This document shows positions 31,726-44,793 of a stretch of 64,000 bases of DNA, one piece after another. A program made the position numbers and the translations under genes. The notes under the pieces are model-generated. The model did not search any database. It worked only from the letters and a program-made list of their open reading frames with translations, and was not told the DNA's origin. The DNA comes from Flaccisagitta enflata (lineage: Eukaryota). Within the stretch, counting starts at the first letter, position 1. Every line of letters begins with the position of its first letter. The DNA lies in NCBI GenBank assembly GCA_965153355.1, contig OZ231126.1:39184001-39248000 (forward strand). Reading direction: 5' to 3'.

Positions 31726-32266
31726 TACTTGAATCTGTAAAAAGTAAACAAGCCCAACAGGCCAACAGTCGCCTGCTCCGTTGCACAAATACACTAACCA
31801 TAAGTGCAAAAAAAATGGCCAATTTTTGAAAGGTCTGTAAAAGAACTAGAACTTATCTGAAGATAGCGAAACTCATGACACCTGGAAAGCCCTTCAAAAG
31901 ATCTTTCATTTGAAACTTTTGTGGGACCACCAACTCAATGAATATGCAAATGAGAGCAAGATTAGTCAAAACACTCAATTTTGAAACTGCCCATGGTATT
32001 TTTACAAAGTTCCCTAAAAAATCACAGAAGACGTTGCCCGATATTGATGAAAATTGAATTGATATTTGGGCAAATACGGGTCAACTAGCACCTAAAATTT
32101 CATCAAAATCGATGAAGATCTTCTAACCTTTTTACTCATCTAAAATATTTCAGAAAATCCGAGCGACGAATTCGGCCGTTTTTTCATGAGGTGGCAAATT
32201 AGTTGTTAGCCTTTAATCTGTCATATTTTCTAAAAGAATTGAGAAAAAAGTTGCTACATGGACTCA

Positions 32267-32600
32267 CAGCGGCGTAGGAGGGTTAAGATTTTTAGGACTT
32301 CCACTCCCAATTGGTGTCCGACAAATTCAGTTTCACAATTGAAACCAACTTATAATTCTTACTATGTAACCATAAATATTAGTGATTTCTGCAATTCTTT
32401 AGCAAATAAACAGTAAATTCTTCTTTTTTTTGTTTTCCTTTCCTTCTATTTTTTCCTTTTTTCCTGTTTTCCTTTCCTACCCTTCTTTTTTTCCTTCCTC
32501 CCTTTTTATCTCTTGGTTAATTTAGTGTCCCGACAACTTCAGTGTCCCGACAACAGGGACTTCCATGGAAGTCCCGGAAGTCCCTTCTCCTACGCCGCTG
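32267..32600. mobile_element. Non-autonomous hAT-like element
   Basis: Perfect 14-bp TIR CAGCGGCGTAGGAG/CTCCTACGCCGCTG and perfect 8-bp TSD TGGACTCA. Confidence 0.9.
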
Positions 32601-33279
32601 TGGACTCAAATGAAAGATATTTTTGACATCTCTCTACACTACATGAATTTTAGGATGGTTTCAAGAATCTTTTGACCAAAGCATGTGCTCAAAGCTGTTG
32701 AAAAATCGGCCATTTTTATTGCACTTATGGTTACATACATATTCCTTCATTTTTTGGGCAGCAGCCCCGAAGCTAAGGGGACAAAGTCCTGTAGAACACA
32801 GGGGGACTTTTGTTTGTTTGTTAGTTCATTCATTCATTCATTCATTCATTCATTCATTCATTCATTCAATCATTCATTCATTCAGACATTCATTCATTTT
32901 CAGACAAGAAAAAAACTCGACTGGAATCCTGAAACACGTTTTTCTCCGCGCTCCGTAAAAAAACTACGAAAACGGCAAAAGAACTTTCCGATTTTCTCTC
33001 CAAATTTCTCATGCATATGTAATAAATTCTGCTCTACAACATATCTCAATCTCCACGTTCAACTCTCCCACCTTCATTGTCTTTTTGCCCTAAAACTGTT
33101 TTCTCCCTCAATCAAATCTGAATATTTTTTTTCTCGCCATTTCTTAACCAAAACAATCAAATAAAATCGAAATTCCATTCCACCGTTGACCGAGCGTTCA
33201 TTCCTTTGACACAAACTTTAATTTGGCACTTTGGGACAAAATCGTTTTCTCCAGCCCTTAAGAAATCAAGATAAAGAAA

Positions 33280-34269
33280 ATGCCTCCAAAAAGGAAAGGA
33301 AAACAAATAAATGATGTTGAAACAACCCCAGCTGAAGAGAACAGTATTGAGAATCTGAGAAAGGAATTGTCTCAGGTGAAAAAGATTCAGGTGACAAATT
33401 CTGTTTTTGCTGATATGCGTAAGGAAATTTCATCTGTTGGTGGGAAGGTGGAGGGCTTGATGGAATGTATCACTGAAGAAGTTAACAGCATGGTGTCCAA
33501 GGCTGTTACCAAGGCATTTCTTGACAATGGGGGAATAGCAACTGAAGCAATGAAGAAGCATTGGGCCTCTCACCTTTTAGGCATTGCAAAGGAGCAGGTA
33601 GAAATGAACGAGGGGCAAAACTTGTTGAAGCAAGAAATTAAAAGTCTGGAAGCTCAACTGGCAGCATCTAGAAATTGTTTGGAAGATCAGGATAAAAGAA
33701 TCATGAATGTTGAACGGATGTGGCAGGAAGAAAAGCAAAAGCATGATCAATCATCAAAGGATGATTTTGAAAATTTGAAAGATCTTGTTGCAAAATTAGA
33801 GACAGGAATGGATGAATTAAGAAAAAATTCTGCCGTGGCACCACAAATCCTCTCATCTGCTCCAAATGAATTCCATCTGAGGGAACAAAAAAAGAACAAC
33901 TTGATTATCTTTGGTTTAGGGGAAAGCAGTGAAGCACTAAATGAAGAAGTTGTTGATGACCTTTTTCATGATCTTGGAACTGTTATCACAAGTGATGAAT
34001 ATCAATGCTTCAGAGTTGGAAAGTATAACTGTCAAAATTACCGACCACTTGTCATCAAACTGCCAAATGCCACTATCAAAAGGGATATCTTAGCCAAAGC
34101 AAAAATGCTAAAAGGTAACGAAAAATGGAAAGGAGTGAGCATCACCCATGATTTGACCAAAATGCAGTGTGCTGAAGAGAAAACAAATGAGCTTCTTCTC
34201 CAAAATGAGGCTGTCAAAAGGAATGAAGGCCTCTCACCAGAGGAAAAACTTACCAATAAAGGCGGCTAA
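33280..34269 (+). CDS. LINE (CR1/L2-type) ORF1-like protein, coiled coil plus RRM-like domain; no ORF2 present
   Basis: REQKKNNLIIFGLGES...FRVGK...RPLVIKL...ILAKAKMLKG...VSITHDLTK, the motif series of L1/CR1 ORF1p; the 3' end runs into a family A repeat. Confidence 0.8.
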   Translation: MPPKRKGKQINDVETTPAEENSIENLRKELSQVKKIQVTNSVFADMRKEISSVGGKVEGLMECITEEVNSMVSKAVTKAFLDNGGIATEAMKKHWASHLLGIAKEQVEMNEGQNLLKQEIKSLEAQLAASRNCLEDQDKRIMNVERMWQEEKQKHDQSSKDDFENLKDLVAKLETGMDELRKNSAVAPQILSSAPNEFHLREQKKNNLIIFGLGESSEALNEEVVDDLFHDLGTVITSDEYQCFRVGKYNCQNYRPLVIKLPNATIKRDILAKAKMLKGNEKWKGVSITHDLTKMQCAEEKTNELLLQNEAVKRNEGLSPEEKLTNKGG

Positions 34270-35379
34270 TCGCCCTAGGAAAAAAGTCGTAAATGCTGAG
34301 AGAAAAAAAAAAAGTTGCGGACAGGTGGACAGGGGCATCCAACCCCCATCCACACCCCAGCCTCAACCTCCACACACAAGCATCTAGACCCCTTGTTTTT
34401 TCCACTTTTCCACTCGGATGGACAAACAGACCAACAGACCGATGGATTGACTGACAGACAAAGCCTCTCATATAGTCTGTAGTTGAAATGAAAGGTAAAC
34501 TGTGCTGCCAGGATGTACAATTATCACCTGAAACATTTCAAAGTTCAATTAGACTTCAACTAAATTGTTTCCTTGTTTTTGAAAAAAATGCGAAAAATGT
34601 GGAAAAACAAAAAAACATTAAAAAAATCATAGCTTTAAAACTATCAATGACACAGAATTCTGCTTGGCGTCATCTGAAATAGGAGAATTAGCTCTTACTT
34701 AGCTTTCAATCTCATGCATAGTGTCATTCGGCCCAAAAAACAGATCAACTTCCCCAAACTCCCCATGAGAAAAGGGGAAAATTGATTTCCCCCGTAGGTC
34801 TCAAAAAGCCGAAGGTATTTTTCGACTTTTTTCCAGACAAGAATTTGGAAAGTTGTAAGTGGACGTGGATCAAGAGCTTTGGCTTTTCGGCCACTTTAAT
34901 CACAACCGAAGTGGCCCTTATTCCGCAACAACAACAACAATAACAGAAATGACAATGACATTTTTTCGACAAATCAACTTTTTCAACAATAAAATCATCA
35001 CTAATGGGCAAAATAAGTAACATTTCCGTAAAAGAAAAGACAATGACACAACAATGGAAAAAGCCATCCCATAGCGCATGTGTAAAAAAAGCAAACAACA
35101 AAAACAACAATTACAACACCAATCGAAAGAAACATCCCTCAGTGCAGTGCCGGCAGCATGAACATTTCTACCAAATTTTCTACAAGGAATTTTTACCTTG
35201 AAACCATTGGACAATTCAACATTAACAGCCTGCTTCTTTCAGGCCGTTGCCGATGGATTCAATTACGATTGAACAACCACATCAACAGCCACATCTACAA
35301 CAACAATGACAACAACAACAAACAGCAGTATCAACAATCACAGATCAATGACAGTGTCAACGACTGCGTCAATGATGGC

Positions 35380-35530
35380 GACAGCTGCAGTGACAGCTGC
35401 GGCGACAGCTGTGGCGACAGCTGGGGCGACAGCTGCGGCGAGAGCTGCGGCGAAAGCTGCGGCGACAGCTGCAGCGACAGCTGCGGCAACTGCGGCGGCA
35501 ACAGCGGCGGCAACAGCTGCGGCGATAGCT
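35380..35530. repeat. 12-bp GC-rich minisatellite (GACAGCTGCGGC)n within an (AAC)-rich tract
   Basis: About 12 tandem degenerate units are visible. Confidence 0.85.
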
Positions 35531-37313
35531 ATGGGACCGCTTTGGCAACAATTACGGCGAAACATATGGAAACAGCAACGGCGATAGCAGCGGAGACACC
35601 AAAAACACCGATGATATCGAAATTATATCAATAATGACAATGACAATGACAACAACAGCAACAAAATAGGCGATATCAGCAACAACAACAATGACAACAT
35701 CAACTTACTGGAATCGATTGGGACTAGCATAATCTAACAATCTAAGCATATCAACTTGTAAAGGCGTGAAGAAAAACAAACAATTTCGGTCAAAGTTTTT
35801 GTACTGGTAGCAACCATTACTTTACTATCTTGCTAAAAACAAGATAGTAATTAAGGACTCTCCACGGGTCTGCTTTGGTTGCTATACTTTATATTATTCA
35901 TTCATTTGTTCGTTTGTTCTTTTGTTCGGTCGTTTGTTCGTTTGTTCATTTGTTTGTTCGTTTGTTTGTTCATTTGTTCATTCAGTCATTCGTTCATTCG
36001 TTCCTTTGTTCGTTAATTTGTTTGTTTGTTTGTTTGTTTGTTTGTTTGTTTGTTCGTCCATTCGTCCCCCCCTCATCAGGCCCATCAGGCCTCAAATCTG
36101 GTTTTGGGACCTCAAATCTGGCCTCTCAGGCCTCAAATCTAGCCTCTCAGGCCTCAAATCCGGCCTCTCAGGCCTCAAATCCAACCACTCAGGCCTCAAA
36201 TTAGGCTTCTCAGGCCTCAAATCTAAATTCTCAGGCCTCAAACCTGGCCTTTCGGGCCTCAAATTAGGCCTTTCAGGCCTCAAATCAACTATCTAAGCCT
36301 CAATTTTTGGCTCTCAGGCTTCAAATCAGTCCTCTGACCTTTCAAGCCTTAATCCAGCTATCTCAAGCCTCAAGTCAGCCCTCTCAAGCTTCCGATTGGC
36401 ATTCTCAGGCCTTCTTAGACCTCAGTTTAGGCTCTTGAAGGCCTTGAGTCAGCCCTCTATAGCAACTCATCAACTTCAGGCAGGACGAACAAAGTCCCCC
36501 TGTGTTCTAAAGGACTTTGTCCCCTTCTTGGCCGCTGCCCTGCTTCCCCTCACTCCAATTCACAATCACTCAAAGCAGGGCAACAGGTATCGCTGACCAC
36601 ATCTTGCCCTTGGGCGACCTGTTCTCCCTTCCTCCCTTCTTCCCCTCCTCCCTTCCCCCTTCTTTCGTTCCTTTTTTCTTTCCTTGCTTCTTTCCTTACT
36701 CCCTTCCTTTCTTCTATTTCACAACGCAGTTTTCAAATTTTCCAAAATTTTCCACAATGTTCCACAATGTACCTCAAATACACGAAAATACCCAAAAATA
36801 CCCAAAAATACCCAAAACTACCCTTAGAACCTACAGCTATAGAGTAACTCAACGTCATTCTCTTGCCGACAAACTTTCATAAACGTTCTTATGTGAACCA
36901 CAATGCTTATTTGTATCTGTTTCTAATTCTATTCCTATTTTTTTTTTCCTTTGTAACATTGACTTTTATTCGCGTTTCTCTTTTCAATCTGTGCTACACT
37001 TATAATGTGTGAATATAAACCAATCATTGCGCACAGCAGCAAAGCTGCAAAGGAACCCCTTAATATTCCTTAGATGGGTCATGTATCCCGGTGTATGATC
37101 AACAAATGATTGCGAGTGATTGGTTGAATTATTTTTTGTCACTCCGCGCAGATTTTGCCGGGGTCTTATTTGATCAGGATTCAAAAACGAAACAAGTGTA
37201 AAGAAACAGATACCAATTACCGTTGGAAGGTTATGTTTGAAATATTTTCTGTCTATCTATCGGTCATTTTCTCTACCTTTGACTCTGTCTTCTTCTCTTT
37301 CTGTTTTTGCGTC

Positions 37314-37430
<117 letters not shown>

Positions 37431-38176
37431 CAGAGAGCCAGACAGCCAAAAAGATATTCAGTATCTGAGATAAAGAGAGACTATGTCAGAGGCAGAGGCT
37501 CAAATTTTATGCAACTTCCTCTTCCACTTTTACTCAACGCACTGTCGCATGTTGAAGTTGTTTCAATGGATTATAGGTGATGTTGATCTTTAACAAGTGA
37601 CGCGGGGTCACAATATCGTTGCGGACGGGTGGGCAGGGGCATCCAACCCTAATCCATACCCCAAGTCCCCCACTCACATGCACAAAAAGCACCAAGAACA
37701 CTCGTTTCCTCACTTTTCGACTTGTGTCCACGGACAGACCGACGGACGGACGGACAAAGCCTCATATAGAGTTGCGTGTCCGCAACTAAAAACCTTCCTT
37801 CTCATAAACCGATCTTCGAAGCTCGGAATCTTTGGCAAACGTTTCAGTTTGCTCAACTAAACAATTTCAGCCAACATGTGTTCAGAAATAGACATGGCCG
37901 GATACTGGATCAATACGTAGGTAGTCGCGTACCAAGTTGAAACCAACCAATATCACCTCTACCTCAGCCATTCCCGTGATTTTAGCGCCACTATAGATAA
38001 ACGACTGGAACATAATTCTTCAAAAAAGCATAATATCACAAGCAAGCATTGCCTTGATATAGTTTACTGTCAGTAGCAGTACTGTGCTGCAATGTTTCCG
38101 ATCGGTTTTACACAAACTTCTCAAGACCTACGGCACTGGTCTGCGAAATTCCTCGTCAGAACCACTGAGGGCGTCG

Positions 38177-38482
38177 ATGGAACTCCCCGAGTTTTTCCTT
38201 CGCGCGACTCTGAAAACCATGATTGTTTGTGTTTCGGCTTTCATCATTTATCGCACGGTTCGGCGCCAAGTCAACGACGGAACATGGCGGGAATATGTCG
38301 AGGGAATCATGGAGACCAAATGCATCCAGAAATCTCTCGGATCCTGGAACTCATATAATACTTTGATCGTTGAGTACACAATCCAAAATCAAACTGTAGT
38401 CTGTACAGTTTTAAGTTTTAACAGTCAGAAACCCTTTAACACCTGTCCGGATATTATTGTCCCAGTAGTGTCACAACTTTAG
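38177..38482 (+). CDS. Possible small single-pass membrane protein or first exon (uncertain)
   Basis: Locally GC-richer non-repetitive ORF MELPEFFLRATLKTMIVCVSAFIIYRTVRRQ... with one hydrophobic stretch; GTGAGT donor at 38500; no family recognised. Confidence 0.25.
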   Translation: MELPEFFLRATLKTMIVCVSAFIIYRTVRRQVNDGTWREYVEGIMETKCIQKSLGSWNSYNTLIVEYTIQNQTVVCTVLSFNSQKPFNTCPDIIVPVVSQL

Positions 38483-39136
38483 ATGCCTTACTACTGCTGG
38501 TGAGTAACAATATAAATCTCTGTTATTTGATGTCAGATGAGTATTTCCTAGTATGTTTTACATTGTTTTTTGTATTTTATCCCATTTTGGTTGCTTCATA
38601 TCAATTTAATCACCCCTTGACCACTAGCCAGCAACGCCCAAGTATAAATCTTTCTATAACTTTGGTTGGAATTTTTAAAGGGTTCACCTTTAAGAAATCC
38701 ATCAAAATCCATGGGCAAATTGAAGAACTTTTCAAAGGCTTTTTAGCCGTGAAATCCGCATCTGAGTATCTATCTTTATACAGATTTGGTAATAATCTGA
38801 AGTTGATTTGGTATTTCTGTTAATTTTACGATGATTTATAAGGGCAATGTTTTTACTGTTTTTGATCTTATTCGATTTTGTATGAAGCAATCCAGGCAAA
38901 ATTCATGAGCAAAATGAAGACTTTTTCAAGCTCTAACCAGTGAAAAAATCTGCATGTTGCTTAATAACCCCGTTTTAATTGGACAGTCGTTTGATTTTGG
39001 GACAATAATATCCGGACAGGTGTTATAACATCATTTATCTCGAAACACTATTCTTTTTAGCTGGCTTGCATGAATTTTGTGACTCAAATTATTATTTGCA
39101 TAAATTTGCAGGAATATACCACTTAGATTTGCCCAT

Positions 39137-39487
39137 TACGCCGATTGCATCCCGGGACCTTGCTGAATAGCTCTTATGCGTCCCCTTCATAATGTGACAC
39201 TCACAATTTCATTTCAAAGGAGCCAATGCGCAGCTCTCTAGCTTGATGGGAACCTTTTTTAGGGTCCATTTAAAGTTTACATTGAAATCAATGAAATAAA
39301 ATCCCCTTAAGAATCCCCTTAAGAAAATCCTTTTATTTTCTTTGTTAATTTCAAATTGAGCCTAAAAAAGGTTCCCATCAGAGTAGCACGCTGCGCATTG
39401 GCTTGTTTGAAATGAAATCGTGAGTGTCACATTATGAGGGGGGCGCACAGGATCGATTCAGCAAAGTCCCGGGACGCAATCGGCGTA
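39137..39487. mobile_element. Foldback MITE with 8-bp TSD (hAT-like)
   Basis: TACGCCGATTGCATCCCGGGACCTTGCTGAAT... is inverted at ...ATTCAGCAAAGTCCCGGGACGCAATCGGCGTA; flanks are TTGCCCAT and TTGCCCAC. Confidence 0.85.
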
Positions 39488-41991
39488 TTGCCCACTGCCT
39501 CCACCCGGCCCCCAACAATTGCGCGTGTCATTTGTTTTTAGTATTTAGACATATTTGTTCGTTAGTGAAATAGATTGCGGATCCCGGCGTAAAAACAAAT
39601 GGACAACATTATTCTCACATATATATGAGGTCGGTCGGTCGGTCGGTCGGTCGATCAGTCGGTCAGTCAGTCTGTCCATATTGTAAGTTTTGCAAAGTCG
39701 GTCTTACCAAGCTATTGCTTTATACAACCTGTAAAAAAAGTCTGGTGGAGCTGATTTTTTTTTTGAACAACCGTATTTGCTCCTTTCATCGCCCCCCCCC
39801 TCCATTTAACGCCTCTAACCCTTTTTTTACAGTCAACTATCTAAAACCAGGGAAATCCACATATTGATAAAATTGAAGGTTTTTAGTTGAAGGAGGGCGC
39901 AAATTCGCTTCTTGGCCAAATTTGAATTTTTAAAGCTAACCATTTATGAGGGAGCAATTCACTTTTTGGTAAAACTTGATACTATCTTGGTCAAAATAAG
40001 AGTCCGCCAAGTTCTGTAGCTCAATTCGTTTAGACTCAACAGCAAAAAGAGTAAAATGATATGCCTTGAAGATTTAGGTTAAATTTTTTTTTTTTTTTTG
40101 AAATTTTAGCATTATCATTTGGATACTTCCTGTACATATCAACTAAAGAAGCATATGAAAAATAGGTGATCATTGTAAAGTACTTAAAAAGGGCTTTCAT
40201 TTTCAACCTTGCTGAGCTCATTTGCTCAAATTGTTTAGATTTTATGACAAAATTAGTACAACCCTCTTCAAAAAATCTAAGTGGCAATACCAAATTAAAC
40301 GTTGAGAATCATCCCACACGCAAATCAATGATATTGTTATATGAGACCATAGAAATGGTTGAACATATGAAGAATGGTGATAAAATATGCTGAAATATTT
40401 TTTTGTCATAGGAGAACAAGTTTTACTAATCAACATTTAAAAGAAAATTGCTGAAGTCCATCACAAGGACTCTTAATTTTACCGAGATAGTATATTAAAG
40501 CATTCACAATTCAGCTTTTCACCTCGTTTTTAGGTGCGCCAACGTACCTCTTACACGGCGCACCAATTGGCCTATACCTACTTGGCCTGGTTACTTTATA
40601 TAAACTTTTATATATCAATGCATTTTGGAATACTTAACCTTCATTTGAAATACATTAACAAATTTAAAAATGTTTCGAGTTTTTTTTATTATGATATTGA
40701 GTCGTGAAATCCGTACATGTACTTTTAAAAACTACTTATCAATCTGTTTTTAAAAGTTGTGACTCATGATGCAATCTAGATTGCTATCAGCTCGGCCTTT
40801 ATAGAAGTTTCGGCTTTCGTGACAATAATTAGTGCTCAGGTGTTGTTATTCCGTTTGCATTGCGATAAAACAGATGTCAACTGCCCAGGCCTCATTAAGT
40901 CTCATTAAGTCTCATCTTCAAACAACAAAACCTTTTCACTCACTCACAACTTTTTTGACAGAATGCTTGAAATTGCCATTGCGAGGGTCCATTTTTCTTT
41001 CCCCTATCAAGCTTTAGTCGACTTCCTCCACTACTTAGCTAAACACAATTTTTTTAGACGCGTACTTGCATCTCTTAAAGAGGGTCTGCCCATCCGTCGG
41101 TCCGACCGTCTGTGCGTATGTATGTCCGTCATGCCTTTTCAAAAAAAAAAACACACTGAAAATCAGCGATTTTCAACAAGGGTTATTCCAAAGCCTTTTC
41201 AGACGCATTAAGAGATAGCGCAGCATCTGTTCGTCCATCTCTCCATAAGTCAGGGTGCAATCGAAGACAAAATTTGATCAGTCAAAATGTTTTTTTAGCA
41301 ATATCATAGACGTTGTAAATTCATACATTTTATCAATGAAAAATAATAATTAGTTTGTGTTTAGACTTTTTTAGCATTATAAACCATTTTTGTGTCCAAA
41401 GTTACAGTGAAATATGGGGATAAACATAAAAAAAAAGGAAGTTTTCAAGGAAAATCTTACTTTACAATCTGACATATCTTGGGTAGAATTTTAACCTTGC
41501 ATAGAGATTCAAAAATTGTCATTTTCAAAAACATGGTGTCTTTTTAGAGACTCATAAGACGAGAGCCATATGTTTAGAAATGCAAAATTTTTCATTTAGA
41601 AGCAGAATTATAATTTTACCTAACAACTTTCTGAACTTTTCCTTTCATTTTTTGGAGAAATTTTCATATTTCATTGAATAACTTTGGTCTTTATGAACAT
41701 ATTATAGAAACTTTTTATATTGTAATCATTTTTTTACATTCCAAAAGAAATCAGGAATGCAAATTTTTTTGTTTCAAAACTTGTCACTAACTAGGATAAC
41801 TATATATGATGGCGTTCCTCCGAAGGCAACATTTGTGTTTCAACAGGAGCCAAAGTAAAAAATCAAAATGATTGAATCTGAATGATTAAACTAAAATGAT
41901 CATGGAGATATATCATGATTAATATTTTTTTGCATTACTTGCATTCAAACATGAAAAAAAACAAATGGAGCTAAAATTAATGAAGAAAATA

Positions 41992-42591
41992 CCGGGTCAT
42001 CCAGCTGAGTTGTCGGATTCCGTTAAGCTTTTACTCACAGATGCTAAAAGTCATGTATTTGAAATTGATCCAGTCTCAAAGAGTATACATTGACGTTTTT
42101 TGTGTCAAAATTTCATCCATTTCGGTCAAGTGGTTTGCCTTCCACATGGATTTGAACATAAAGCTTTTATTTCAGGAATGGGCAGATTTTCCAATGAATT
42201 TCAGGAATTGAGCAGGTTGACATCACAATTTTTTTGAATCATCAATCCAAAAAAGGCTTGAATCAGTGATGTTTTTGAAGTATTTTAAAACGTTTCTCAG
42301 CTTATCTATCATTTAAGATCAATCTTATCTCTATGGCATAAATATTTTTAAAAAATGAAAATGAAGGCATACAGAATTCTTGATTTTTGATAGAAAATAT
42401 GTCAAATGTGAAAATACTCATGCCACTTCAAATTTATGTAAAAGACAAACTACTTGACCAAAATGGCTGAAATTTTGATACAAAAAATGTCAATATATAC
42501 TCTTCATGACTTAATTAATTTCAAATCCATGTCTCTTGGCATGAAGGAGTAATAGCTTAACAGAATCCGACAACTCAGGTGGATGACCCTG
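41992..42591. mobile_element. Foldback MITE (TA TSD)
   Basis: CCGGGTCATCCAGCTGAGTTGTCGGATTCCGTTAAGC / GCTTAACAGAATCCGACAACTCAGGTGGATGACCCTG. Confidence 0.85.
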
Positions 42592-42593
42592 TA

Positions 42594-43182
42594 CATGGTG
42601 TTTCATGCCAAAATAGATATAAGAAAACGATGCCATTCTGTTTTTAAAAATGCAAAAATAATTCTGAAAAAAGTTTTAAAGAGCACATAAGCTCCGATTT
42701 TTTGTCTAAAAATTTCATGGGTTTGGGTCAAATATCTTGGCCACAACATAAATTTGAAGTAAAATGAGCATTTCAAGGAGAAGCTCTTTTAACATAATTT
42801 TGATTCTAAAAGTTCTTCTTTGAAGTGTTCTCGTTTCTAAACGGCTTGAGTTACAGATACCCGATTGGTCTCAAATTAAAGTTTATCAAATTTTCTTTAA
42901 TTTGAGACCAATCTGGCATCTGTGACTTAAGCCGTTTAGAAATGAGAGCACTTCAAAGAAAAACTTACAAAATCTAAATTATGTGAAAAAAGCTTCTCCT
43001 TTAAATGTTCATTTTACTTCAAATTGATGTTGTGGCTAAGATATTTGACCCAAACCCATGAAATTTTTACACAAAAAATCGGAGATTAAGTGCTCTTTGA
43101 ATCTTTTTTCGGAATTAATTTTGCATCTTTAGAAGCAGAATGGCATCGTTTTCTTATATCTAATTTGGCATGAAACACCCTG
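42594..43182. mobile_element. Foldback MITE (TA TSD) abutting the previous one
   Basis: CATGGTGTTTCATGCCAAAATAGATATAAGAAAACGATGCCATTCTG / CAGAATGGCATCGTTTTCTTATATCTAATTTGGCATGAAACACCCTG|TA; the arms run nearly to the centre. Confidence 0.88.
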
Positions 43183-43688
43183 TATAATGCAAATCATTGA
43201 AAATTTCACTTTTGGTAACTGACAGGGGCCCGTTTAAATTCTAAGTTTGCATAGAAAATGAAAAAATGAGAAAACAAAAAACATAGTTCTCTTCCAAAAT
43301 CGATTTCAAAGAGAACCATGTTTTTGGAAATGCAAAATTTGCCTGCATTTGAAAGTCTAAGAATTTAAACGGCAAGAACAAACAAAAAAATGTAAGCAAA
43401 ATTGCAGTAAAAACCTTGTTTTTCTTGCTTCTCTTGTGTGAATTGCACTGTCAAAATTACTTTTGAGGTCAGAATATGATAGAAATGTATACACCAAGTG
43501 TCTTTGGAGACAATCTATCTTTTTTAATCATTTTTGCACCATTATTGTCCAGAAAATGATGCAAAAAGTATGGTGAAACACTTAGTTTTCCTTCAAAATT
43601 TTGCCGTCATATGATAATTTATTGTGACTGAAAGTCAAATTTTGTCTTTGTTTGCACCTCGACATAAATCTCACATGCCTTTCAAGGA

Positions 43689-43791
<103 letters not shown>

Positions 43792-44668
43792 CCCCTCGAA
43801 ATTCGTTATTAGCATGGCGCTTAAAAACCATCCTATAGGCCATATAATAGCATCCAGTGGCCCAAATTACACTCTGTGCCATGAGGTGTCAATTTCAACC
43901 GTAAGGACGCGGTCCACTCAAATAATTCAGTAGGTCCGTTAGTCAGTCAGTCTTGTTAGAATGATTGTCCAGATCTTGTATTCCGAGCTTGAAGAGCTCG
44001 TGTCACGGGCCGTGACGATCGACTGAGGCGAGAAGTCGGTGCGGCCTTTCGTCGTCTTGTTGCCGTGGTTGCAACAGCGGGAGTTGACGCCAATGTTGGT
44101 GACGGCATCATTGCCAGGGCTCGAGGTCGCTTGGCCTTGGGCCTTTCAGTGCTGATGGGCCTTCGACGTTTGGGGCCCCTGCTAGGTCGACTGGCCTCCT
44201 CCAAATCGCTCTCTGACTCTTTTCTTTTTTTGTAGGGAATAGGGGGCGCTTATTATTCTCGCGCTTATGAGTGTAGGGCGCTTATGTTTCTCGCGCTTAC
44301 CATTCCGAAGCTTTTGTTTCTCGCGCTTCCACTGAGGCGCTTATTATTCCGGTACCTGCCATGAAGCCCGAATCCCGGCCACGAGGCCTGAACCTTAGCC
44401 TAGTGGCTCGAGCATCATCCCTCAGGCCCATATCCTATCCTTAAGGCCCAAATGGCCAAATCTCACCTTCAAGGTACTACAAAATTCAGTCAAAGATAGT
44501 AAAGCTTTAGAAGTAATGCACTGAACCGCACGACATTGAAAAGATAGAGAGGCAAAAACTGCACCCACCTGAGAGTTCCCAAGAGAGGGATAAGGACCTA
44601 ACAATTGCAACGCCAAGAGAGGAGATAACGAACTCAATTTTCAATTGCAGAACCACTCCAACTCCCGG

Positions 44669-44675
44669 TATAAAA
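44669..44675 (+). promoter_or_regulatory. TATA box of the Cys-rich peptide gene
   Basis: TATAAAA 125 nt upstream of the ATG at 44794. Confidence 0.5.
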
Positions 44676-44793
44676 AGCACCGATGGATCCAATGAGTTTT
44701 TAAGCGTTGCAAAAGACGTAAACAAGGTGTTTGAAGAAAACCTTGAATTCAGTTGATTGAAGCTCATCCGCGAAGCATAACAGAAAATTGATC

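Noticed and set aside
35158-35634. Cys/Asp/Ser-rich ORF (SCGD repeats) resembling a metallothionein or antifreeze protein
   Set aside because: A 12-bp minisatellite open in nearly all frames; no signal peptide or splice support.
36080-36300. Regular 21-bp repeats suggestive of a CRISPR array
   Set aside because: Head-to-tail minisatellite without unique spacers, inside a eukaryotic repeat family.
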